From: Gammaproteobacteria bacterium
GTDB lineage: Bacteria; Pseudomonadota; Gammaproteobacteria; Eutrophobiales; Eutrophobiaceae
Assembly (NCBI GenBank): GCA_965221695.1
Contig: OZ244905.1
Location: forward strand, 1,216,001-1,280,000
DNA: 64,000 nt
Direction of reading: 5' to 3'
The position numbers and the translations under genes were made by a program. Below the pieces are notes generated by a model, which saw nothing but the letters and a program-made list of their open reading frames with translations, ran no database searches and was not told the DNA's origin. Below are positions 19,742-27,836 of this stretch, in pieces. Position 1 is the first letter of the stretch. Each line of letters begins with the position of its first letter.

Positions 19742-19795
19742 TAGAGCGCCCGCCTTGTAAGCGGATGGTCGGCGGTTCGAATCCGTCATCCGGCA
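19723..19795 (+). tRNA. tRNA-Thr(TGT), CCA not encoded
   Basis: Acceptor stem GCCGGAT/ATCCGGC+A, D arm GCTCAGTTGGTAGAGC, anticodon loop CTTGTAA, T arm GGCGGTTCGAATCCGTC. Confidence 0.93.
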
Positions 19796-19828
19796 GATTT
19801 TTCCTTATTGACCCTGCTTATATCGTCA

Positions 19829-19858
19829 GGAACCTCTGAGACTTAATCTGAGGTTCTC
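19829..19858. repeat. Isolated terminal hairpin of the IS5-like MITE
   Basis: GGAACCTCTGAGACTTAATCTGAGGTTCTC resembles GGAACCTCTGATTAAGTCAGAGGTTCC at 30998. Confidence 0.6.
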
Positions 19859-19957
19859 TCAGGTAGTATTTCAAAGAAATTTACCATCAACCAGCGCGGG
19901 CTAAATCTCCCGCTGCGTGTTTCCCGTAAACTTATTCCGGCAAAGGGTTTTAAATGA

Positions 19958-20019
19958 TATTGATAATATATTAACAATAAACTAGAATATTACCGCTATG
20001 ATTGATAATATTATATCAA
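19958..20019 (+). promoter_or_regulatory. Two palindromic operators, putative autoregulation of the hipBA-like pair
   Basis: TATTGATAATATATTAACAATA (19958-19979) and TTGATAATATTATATCAA (20002-20019). Confidence 0.55.
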
Positions 20020-20288
20020 ATTATAAGATGCCAAGTGAAATTCAGCGTTCCCTGTCTGAAGCGTTCAGGTCGGTGCGCAAATCCAGACGGCATGGCCGTA
20101 AGGAAACCAGCATCAGAACGGGTGTGCCGGAGGCAACCATTCGGCGCTTTGAGGATACCGGCGAGATATCCTTGAGGCAGTTGTTGATGTTGTGTGATGT
20201 CTACGGAAATGCCAGCGCTACCGATTCACTGTTTCCACTAGAACCACAAAGCATGGATGAGCTGATTGCAATGAGTAACAGGAAGTGA
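19998..20288 (+). CDS. XRE-family HTH antitoxin (HipB-like)
   Basis: R..RK...........TGV...TIRRFE.TGEISL; GTGA overlap with the HipA-like gene. Confidence 0.82.
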   Translation: MIDNIISNYKMPSEIQRSLSEAFRSVRKSRRHGRKETSIRTGVPEATIRRFEDTGEISLRQLLMLCDVYGNASATDSLFPLEPQSMDELIAMSNRK

Positions 20289-21544
20289 AACTGCTGAATG
20301 TCCTCTACCATGGTTCAGGAGGCGACAAGTCGACCAGAATGGGGCGTCTGGCCTGGTACGAGCAGCGCGCGTGGTTTGAGTTTTCCGCGGAATTCATACA
20401 ACAGAATACGAATCCATCCCCTTTCTCACTCGAGCTGACAACAACATTACAGAAAGCGCCACTGGAACCCTTTAATGGATTGCACGGACTGTTCAGCGAT
20501 TCCCTGCCGGATGGCTGGGGCCTGTATCTGATGGACAACGCGATTAAACAATCCGGACGAAACCCCGCCACGCTCAGCCCTCTTGACAGGTTGGCCTTTA
20601 TCGGCAAACGGGCAATGGGAGCGCTATCCTACGAGCCTGATGAGCCGGACTCCGTAGAACGACACACCGCGATGACACTGGATATCGGCGCCACCGGCAA
20701 CGAGGCAACCCGCTTGTACCAGGGGGAACTGTCAGAAGTACTGGACCGCCATGCAATCAATGGCACGCCCTCTGCCGGCGCCAGGCCGAAAATTCTTATT
20801 GGAATAAGCGGCGATACGGTCGTTGAGGGCGCCGGCGAACTGCCGCCTGACTATTCCCATTGGCTGGTTAAGTTTCCAACCGGCCACACCCCCGATAAAA
20901 AATCGGAAGGCGCGATAGAGTATATCTACTCGGTCATGGCCCGTCATGCCGGGATTACTATGGCGGAGACAAGGCTTGCGCCGGCGCAGGACGGCAATGC
21001 TTATTTTATGACGCGCCGGTTTGACAGAGCGCCAGGCAACCAGCGCCGCCATGTACAGAGCGTGGCCGGTATCCTGAATACGGATTTCATAGCGTCAAAC
21101 TTTGGATACAGAGAGCTCATCAAGCTGTGCGGGATGCTCTCCCATTCGTATTCCGAGAAGTTAGAGTTGTTCCGGCGCATGATCTTTAACATCGTCATCG
21201 GCAACCGGGATGACCACACCAAGAATTTTGCTTTCATGCTGTCGGACAAAAATGAATGGCGCAATACACCAGCCTATGACATTACCTGGAACCAGGGAAT
21301 GATGGGCGAACATGCCATGAGCGTTAACGGCAAGGGCAAAGACATTCGCGTTGATGATGTGATTAACATCGCCCGAAGCGCGTCCATCTCCAGGCAGGAT
21401 ATGAGCATTGTGACTGAAGCGGTTTTGGAAGCCGTATCGGACTGGAACAGCCTGGCGCTTCAGTACGATGTTCCAACTCAACAACGTCAGGACATACATC
21501 AGTATATTGCGCGCCAGCAGCGAGCGCTGTCAGACGGCACATAA
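20285..21544 (+). CDS. hipA: HipA-family Ser/Thr kinase toxin
   Basis: GLFSDSLPDGWG, R.MGALSYEP, GARPK, WLVKF, RRFDR, NRDDHTKNF, PAYD. Confidence 0.92.
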   Translation: MKLLNVLYHGSGGDKSTRMGRLAWYEQRAWFEFSAEFIQQNTNPSPFSLELTTTLQKAPLEPFNGLHGLFSDSLPDGWGLYLMDNAIKQSGRNPATLSPLDRLAFIGKRAMGALSYEPDEPDSVERHTAMTLDIGATGNEATRLYQGELSEVLDRHAINGTPSAGARPKILIGISGDTVVEGAGELPPDYSHWLVKFPTGHTPDKKSEGAIEYIYSVMARHAGITMAETRLAPAQDGNAYFMTRRFDRAPGNQRRHVQSVAGILNTDFIASNFGYRELIKLCGMLSHSYSEKLELFRRMIFNIVIGNRDDHTKNFAFMLSDKNEWRNTPAYDITWNQGMMGEHAMSVNGKGKDIRVDDVINIARSASISRQDMSIVTEAVLEAVSDWNSLALQYDVPTQQRQDIHQYIARQQRALSDGT

Positions 21545-21674
21545 GCGCTGGATGCCCTCAACTACCTCCAGTCAGCATACAACCACTGCCAGTGACCAGG
21601 AACGGACCCTGAGACGTGAACGAGACCGGGAAACGGACATTACCCGACGACTGAAACTGACGGCGCGATACGGC

Positions 21675-23792
21675 TTAATCCAGCATCTGCAACATTTCAT
21701 CGTAACGTTTGAGGGCCTTGTCTGCATGCTGTCTTAATGCGGGCAACTGCGCGTTCCAGAGTGGTTGCATCAGGTCTGCCGTTTCCCATCGCTCCAGGTC
21801 GTCATGGGCTTGTGGCGCGGTAGCCAGCAGGGCTTCTATCCTGGCCCTGTACTTTTCCACCAATGCCGGCACGGCTGGCGCGTTCCAGAATTCTTCCACA
21901 CCATCCACATACACGTAAACGGGCGCGCTGTGAGCCAAGGCGCCGTTTTTCCCGTAGGCGCGCACGGCAACCCAGCAACTTTTTTCCGCCTTCAGGTTGT
22001 GTTTCAGCGTCAGACTTTCCGCGCCCTCTTCCGATGCCTCGGCCGCCACTACTTGCCCATGGATGACCAGTTCGACCCGGTCCAGGCTGTCCAGGTCGGG
22101 ATTGAGCCGCGCCTCGGCTGTTATATTCAGCGTCTCGCCGCCGGCCGCCGCCACGGTATCGCCCAGCGTCCCGCCGGCAACATCAAGGCTGAGCATAGGT
22201 CCATTGGTGACAAAAGTCCGTCCCTGCCTTAATCCTTCGAACCAGGCCTGGGGTGAAAACGGGCCGCCGATGCGGACGTAGGAACGTTCGGTTCCGGGCA
22301 GGTTGATATAGGGAAAATCGGATCCAGCAACCGGCGCAAGCCGGAAACCCAGGTTCCAGAAATCGTACAGGAATTCCGTTCCCAACAGGCTGAACTGCAA
22401 TACCTCGATGAAGTCCACCAGCTCCATGGGCACATCCAGCGCCAATCCCCAGGAGACATGAAACGCATCAATCATCGCATGGGCATAGCCGAAGAGCCCG
22501 CCGTCCGCCTGCGCCGCCCTTGCCGTAGCATGATAAAGGTAGAAATCAACCGGGTCGTGATAGCGGCTGATGTTCAGGCTGATGGTATGGCCGCGCTGGC
22601 CGGTGCGCGGCGCCTCCTGGCCTGACACCAGCGCATGGTTGTCCTGCAAATAATGCCCGTCTTCGCCGAACGCATACTGGGGGAAGTAATATCGGGCAAG
22701 ATTGGCCATTTGCAACAGGTTGCTGACGTGAATATCCTCGGCGCTGAGCAGGGCAAGTATCTCGGGGTTGTCGGCCCGGGCGCGTTCGATATGGATATGT
22801 GCATCGCCGGAGAACCAGCCCTGTTCCGGCATATTGATCCAGCGTTGCAGCGACACCTCCACGCGGGTATGCCCGTGGGCAGCGATCTCCACTTCCTGTG
22901 TATGGATATGATATTCAGGCCCCCTGCCGACCACAAGCTGGTAGCGGCCTGCCGGCAATTGCGCTTCATAGTCGCCGTTCACGTAGAACGCGTGCCCTTT
23001 GCCGGCGGGCCAGAACTCGAAACCTTGTCGTACCGGAACCTGCCTGACGCGATCGGTAAAGCGCGGCACGACCAGGGCCTGTTCACCGGGTGCAGGCATG
23101 CGCCCGTGCGCATCGTACAGTCCTACACGGGCAGGGATGGCGCCGCCGCCTGCGCCATCTCGAATCTGCAAACTCAATGTGCCCACAGGAGTTGAGTCGG
23201 GCGCTTGCCGGCCCTCCCGTGTGATCTTCATGCCACACAGCACAATTTCATGGTCCGCTTGCGCATCATATTCGAGCAGTGCGCCCAGCGCGGCGACACC
23301 GAGGTCGGTATGACCGTGGCGCCGGTTCGCAAGCCCCGCCCGTTCCAGTTCGACGCGTACCCATTGCCAGCGTTGAGCGCGGTCCCGCTCCAGCTTTACC
23401 GTCTTGGCTTGCGGCGAGTCTGACGCATGATCATAGGAAATGATAAGGCCGTCCGTCTCGCTGGCGTCGAACAGCAGGTCCACGGTCACGGTCTCGTCAA
23501 TATTGAACGCAAAATCGTCTTCCACATCAAAAATGAAATTCGGCCCGACCAGACAGCGCTTGCCCGCCACCTCCTCTACCCGGCCGGGAGCCCTCCAGGT
23601 CAGGATCAAGGCGCCGGCATGGAAGTCTTCCCCGAGGGAATATACCCGCTTTATGTTATCCGCCCGCCAGTCCAGTTCCTCCATCGCCAGAGGGTGACGC
23701 TCGTGAGCGCCGGCGAACGGGGACGTTATAAGTGCGAACAGCAATAGCGGCAGGCAAAGGGTGAACAGTTTGAGTGGTGTGCTGATTAGCAT
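21675..23792 (-). CDS. Exported CehA/McbA-like (PHP-fold) metallohydrolase
   Basis: Signal peptide after MLISTP; RGPEY, GWFSGDAHIH, GQE...GH, YAH, GSD, GRTFVTNGP, AHSAPVYV. Confidence 0.78.
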   Translation of the reverse strand: MLISTPLKLFTLCLPLLLFALITSPFAGAHERHPLAMEELDWRADNIKRVYSLGEDFHAGALILTWRAPGRVEEVAGKRCLVGPNFIFDVEDDFAFNIDETVTVDLLFDASETDGLIISYDHASDSPQAKTVKLERDRAQRWQWVRVELERAGLANRRHGHTDLGVAALGALLEYDAQADHEIVLCGMKITREGRQAPDSTPVGTLSLQIRDGAGGGAIPARVGLYDAHGRMPAPGEQALVVPRFTDRVRQVPVRQGFEFWPAGKGHAFYVNGDYEAQLPAGRYQLVVGRGPEYHIHTQEVEIAAHGHTRVEVSLQRWINMPEQGWFSGDAHIHIERARADNPEILALLSAEDIHVSNLLQMANLARYYFPQYAFGEDGHYLQDNHALVSGQEAPRTGQRGHTISLNISRYHDPVDFYLYHATARAAQADGGLFGYAHAMIDAFHVSWGLALDVPMELVDFIEVLQFSLLGTEFLYDFWNLGFRLAPVAGSDFPYINLPGTERSYVRIGGPFSPQAWFEGLRQGRTFVTNGPMLSLDVAGGTLGDTVAAAGGETLNITAEARLNPDLDSLDRVELVIHGQVVAAEASEEGAESLTLKHNLKAEKSCWVAVRAYGKNGALAHSAPVYVYVDGVEEFWNAPAVPALVEKYRARIEALLATAPQAHDDLERWETADLMQPLWNAQLPALRQHADKALKRYDEMLQMLD

Positions 23793-23977
23793 GACGGAAA
23801 GTTTCCTGGCGCTCTTACAATGCAGTTTAATCACAATTCCGGATTGTGTAAATTCAGCAAGAAGACAGATGCCTGTGTAGGCATAATATGGCGGGGTCAC
23901 TATCAACAATTTACCGTCAGGTCACGCGGGATAACACCCTCCACGTCGTGCTTCCTGCAAAATGATAATTTCCCCTC

Positions 23978-24017
23978 TTGACACTTCTGCCAGATCTTGT
24001 ACATAATTGTTGTACAA
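23978..24017 (+). promoter_or_regulatory. Sigma70 promoter overlapped by two TGTACA operator palindromes
   Basis: TTGACA (23978-83)-N18-CATAAT (24002-07); TGTACA at 23998 and 24011. Confidence 0.7.
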
Positions 24018-24038
24018 TATTAGCCACGGAGTGATTTT

Positions 24039-24269
24039 ATGATACAGGTCAACATCAGTGAGTTCAGAACCAATTTATTGAAATACCTGAAAAATGTACA
24101 ACGCGGGGGACAAATCAGTATTACCTCGAAAGGAACCGCACTGGCTACTGTTATTCCGCCGGTCAGCCAACGCGACACCGCCAGAACCGAACTCTCAAAG
24201 CTGGCGAAAACCGCAGTGATACATGACGTGGTATCACCGGTGGAGACCGATTGGGATGTCATGAAATGA
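24039..24269 (+). CDS. Phd/YefM-family antitoxin
   Basis: VNISEFRTNL..YL..V..G..I.IT..G..LA.V.P pattern; ATGA overlap with the toxin. Confidence 0.88.
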   Translation: MIQVNISEFRTNLLKYLKNVQRGGQISITSKGTALATVIPPVSQRDTARTELSKLAKTAVIHDVVSPVETDWDVMK

Positions 24270-24655
24270 TATTGTTGGATACCTGCGCGATAGTCTGGGA
24301 CGCCCTGGAACCCGACAAGCTGACAACTGCGGCCAAGCGGGCAATCGAGCGCTCTAGAAACGAACTAATGATCTGCGATATCTCCTTCTGGGAGATTTCC
24401 ATGCTTATCAGGAAGAAACGCCTGGTCGTCGATGCCACTATCTCCGAATTCATCCAGCTGGCGCTTCAGGCCCGTGACTTGCAGGTATTGCAGATAACGC
24501 CTGAAATAGCTGAACTGTCTGTTAATTTCGGCGCAGATATCAATAAAGACTCCGTTGACCGACTTATTGCAGCCACTTCAATAATACTGAATGCCCCTAT
24601 TGTCACGGCTGACCGGAACCTGAGGGCCGCGACTGTTATTGAGACTATTTGGTAA
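24266..24655 (+). CDS. vapC: PIN-domain VapC toxin
   Basis: LLDT, SFWEI, D..DRLIAAT, VTAD acidic tetrad. Confidence 0.9.
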   Translation: MILLDTCAIVWDALEPDKLTTAAKRAIERSRNELMICDISFWEISMLIRKKRLVVDATISEFIQLALQARDLQVLQITPEIAELSVNFGADINKDSVDRLIAATSIILNAPIVTADRNLRAATVIETIW

Positions 24656-24754
24656 TGGCAAAGACGCTGAACCCGGATACAACCACGGTCGACGACCGGG
24701 AACCGGACTTGAGACATGTTGTTTACATGTAATATTCGTGAGATAATCACGATA

Positions 24755-25987
24755 ATGACAGATAAAAAAAGAAACCTTTATCCCAAATGTCTTAAATTAT
24801 TGGAGTGGTTCCCAGCAGTAGCTATCCTGGGCGCAAGGCAGACAGGGAAAACCACACTTGCCAAGGCGCTTGGAAAAGACTGGACTTATGTAGACCTTGA
24901 ACGTCCTGAGGACCTGGATCGTCTGAGCTATGATCCGTCATTTTTTTTCACCAGGCACCCAGCCTCCCTGATCCTCGACGAGGCTCAGGAATATCCCGAA
25001 ATCTTTAAGGTACTGCGTGGTGTGATTGATGCCGACAGGAAGAAAAACGGGCGGTTTATTCTGACAGGTTCCAGCAGTCTCACCTTGTTTTCAGAGATAT
25101 CGGAAACACTTGCCGGCCGTGTGGCAATCGTTGAACTGGGCACGTTCAAGAGTAATGAGTACTACAGTCTGCCATTGAGTCCGTTTTATTCACTTTTTGA
25201 ATCCAGGTTGAGCAAGGCGCTCCCCGTTGCCGGCGCGCCACCACTCAGCAGAGTTCAAATTCAACGATTCTGGTTTTATGGCGGCTACCCGGAACCGGCG
25301 CTTGCCAACAATCCACAACGCCATGCGGTCTGGATGGACAATTACAGGGACACCTACATCAACCGGGATGTTGCAAAGCTGTTTCCGAAACTCAATCGAC
25401 AGAGATACCGGCGATTTCTTACTATGTTGTGCAAGTTATCCGGTACGCTTATTAATAAAAGCCATGTAGGAAGAGCGGTTGAAGCGAGCGAATCGAGTAT
25501 CCGCGATTATCTTGATATCGCTCATGGCACGTATATCTGGCGGAAACTAAGTTCCTTTGAGGGATCTGTCGCAAAGTCCATCACAAAAATGCCCAAAGGG
25601 TACATACGGGATTCGGGCTTGTTGCATTACCTGCTTGGGATACACAGTACGGATGAATTGATGTCAGACCCGGTCGTCGGCGCTTCTTTCGAGGCTTATG
25701 TGTGTGATGAATTGATTAAGGGCCTTGAAGCGACCATGGTAACCAACTGGTCTGTACACTATTATCGAACCCGTGGCGGCGCAGAAATAGATTTGATCGT
25801 TCAAGGCCCCTTTGGCATTTTACCCGTTGAAATCAAATACGGCAGTTCAGTCAAACGAAGCAGCCTGAAATCCCTGACAAATTTTGTTAAGGACAACGGG
25901 TTGCCAATGGGCCTGCTGGTTAACCAGGGTGAAAAAGTTGAATTTGTTACACCAGAAATCGTTCAAGTGCCGGTGGGATGGTTATAG
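24755..25987 (+). CDS. AAA+ ATPase with DUF4143 and C-terminal PD-(D/E)xK-like motif
   Basis: GARQTGKT, ILDEAQ, FILTGS, ETLAGR, GGYPE, K.PK.Y..DSG, YYRT..GAEIDL...PVEIK. Confidence 0.88.
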   Translation: MTDKKRNLYPKCLKLLEWFPAVAILGARQTGKTTLAKALGKDWTYVDLERPEDLDRLSYDPSFFFTRHPASLILDEAQEYPEIFKVLRGVIDADRKKNGRFILTGSSSLTLFSEISETLAGRVAIVELGTFKSNEYYSLPLSPFYSLFESRLSKALPVAGAPPLSRVQIQRFWFYGGYPEPALANNPQRHAVWMDNYRDTYINRDVAKLFPKLNRQRYRRFLTMLCKLSGTLINKSHVGRAVEASESSIRDYLDIAHGTYIWRKLSSFEGSVAKSITKMPKGYIRDSGLLHYLLGIHSTDELMSDPVVGASFEAYVCDELIKGLEATMVTNWSVHYYRTRGGAEIDLIVQGPFGILPVEIKYGSSVKRSSLKSLTNFVKDNGLPMGLLVNQGEKVEFVTPEIVQVPVGWL

Positions 25988-26071
25988 TGATATGAACAGG
26001 AAAACCAATCACGTCGGGCGCGAAGAGAAGCGGGCAGTACGCGATTTACAACGATTACGCGAGTTTCTTCC

Positions 26072-27673
26072 TCACCCCACAACCAGCGCAAGTATCCAGA
26101 CCAGGAGCAGTCCGGCCAGTACATGCGGGCTGCCGAGGTAGAAGCGGCGTTTCAGTTTCCCTTTGTTGGCGGCCTTCAATTCCTCGCCCAGGGTCCCATA
26201 CCTGCTTGGAAAAAATGTTCCGAGATACTCCTTCAGAAAGTTACTGGTGCGCCTGGTCGGCAGGCCCATATCGCGCATCAGTTCGTCTACGTAGTGGGCG
26301 ATATACGGTCCGGTGAAGACGCCGTCTTCCATTTCCGGCACTCTTTCTTTAGCCCAGTTCTCCAGTCGTTCAATCTCCCAGTCCATCTCTTCGGGTGACG
26401 GCAGGCTCATGTTTCCGGTGAACAACTGCGTTGCCCAGTGCGCGCCGACTTCCGAAGACAGCGGGCAGGTGAGGGTCGGGAAAAATCCGATAAACGCCAG
26501 CCTTTGTTGGCCGGGGGGCAGTATCCGCCGATGCAGATGAAAGCGGCCGTTCCTGATAATCTGCGACCTCAGCTCATCGCTCAGGAACGACATGTCGCGC
26601 TTCCATCCCGTACCCATGATGACCAGGTCCGCTTCTATCTGTGTACCGTCATCGAGTTCGACGCCCAGGTCATAAAACCCCTTGACGTTGGCCCGTATCG
26701 CGCTGATGCTGCCGGCATTGAGCAGGTCAAAAAAGTCGTCCACCTGGCCCACGCTTTCAAAGCCGACCGGCAACTTGTGTTCCGGGGTCATATGTTTGGG
26801 CATGCCCAGGACGCGAGGCGTCACGGCGCTCATGAAACTCCACCACAGCCACACCAGCGGTTTACCGGGACCATGCAGCAGCTTTTCATCCCAGGCGCGG
26901 GTCGGGTAATTGACGAACATCTCGATAAAGCGTGAGATGAAGCGCAGGTCGCTGCGGGCGCCGCCGGGCAGGTAGCGCGGCACCATCCAGTGCGGTTTGC
27001 GGAACACCAGGGTCGCGGTTTTTCCTTCTCTGGCTGCCCAGGCGGCACAGTCCAGCGCAGATTTGCCACCGCCGACAACGACCACGCGCCGCACATCTGC
27101 GACCGCGGGATGGGTCCATTCGCTGGAATGGCGCACCAGGCCCTTAAAATTCTCACGACCGGGTAGTTCCGGCATCATAGGTGTGGAAAACGCGCCTGAG
27201 CAGACGATGACATACGCAAACTCATGGTTCTCCTCCTTGCTCTCCTCGCCGGTTTCATCTGCCGTCGAGCGCGTCAGCAGCTTAAATCCCTGCTTGGCGT
27301 CGGTATTGATCTCTGACAGGCGGACCACTTCGGCGCTGAAACTGATATGCGGATAAAGCCCGAAATGGTCCGCATAGGATTCCAGGTGCGCGCGCACTTC
27401 TTCAGCCACCGGGTAACCGCTGGTGGATGCCGGATACGGAAAATCGCTGAGACTATAGGTTTCCTTTGCAGTATTCGCCCGCAAGCCGGGATAGGCACGC
27501 GATAAGGCCCAGACCCCACCCAGACCGGGTTCCTTTTCAAACACCCGGACATCGAACCCATTCTCGAGAAAGATCTTGGCCGTCACCAGTCCGGCAATGC
27601 CGGCGCCGATGATGCCGACCTGTTGTGCGGGTATCTCGGAATTTGTGGCGCCTGTGTTTGTCGCTTCGTTCAT
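26072..27673 (-). CDS. Flavin-containing monooxygenase (class B) with C-terminal membrane anchor
   Basis: IIGAGIAG, GGVW...YP, FxGxxxHSxxW fingerprint (FKGLVRHSSEW), VVGGGKSA, MGTGW; terminal hydrophobic helix. Confidence 0.88.
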   Translation of the reverse strand: MNEATNTGATNSEIPAQQVGIIGAGIAGLVTAKIFLENGFDVRVFEKEPGLGGVWALSRAYPGLRANTAKETYSLSDFPYPASTSGYPVAEEVRAHLESYADHFGLYPHISFSAEVVRLSEINTDAKQGFKLLTRSTADETGEESKEENHEFAYVIVCSGAFSTPMMPELPGRENFKGLVRHSSEWTHPAVADVRRVVVVGGGKSALDCAAWAAREGKTATLVFRKPHWMVPRYLPGGARSDLRFISRFIEMFVNYPTRAWDEKLLHGPGKPLVWLWWSFMSAVTPRVLGMPKHMTPEHKLPVGFESVGQVDDFFDLLNAGSISAIRANVKGFYDLGVELDDGTQIEADLVIMGTGWKRDMSFLSDELRSQIIRNGRFHLHRRILPPGQQRLAFIGFFPTLTCPLSSEVGAHWATQLFTGNMSLPSPEEMDWEIERLENWAKERVPEMEDGVFTGPYIAHYVDELMRDMGLPTRRTSNFLKEYLGTFFPSRYGTLGEELKAANKGKLKRRFYLGSPHVLAGLLLVWILALVVG

Positions 27674-27836
27674 ATAACTGTCTCCCTTATTGTGTCGCCC
27701 AGAGGGTGACCCTTTGTTCCACTGGATTCTCGTTTTCACGGGAATGGTATGAGACGCAGGCTAGTTAGTAAGGCTTACACAGCATATCCCACCAGGCTGC
27801 GTATTGGTATAGTATGCTATACGATAATTCGCTCGT

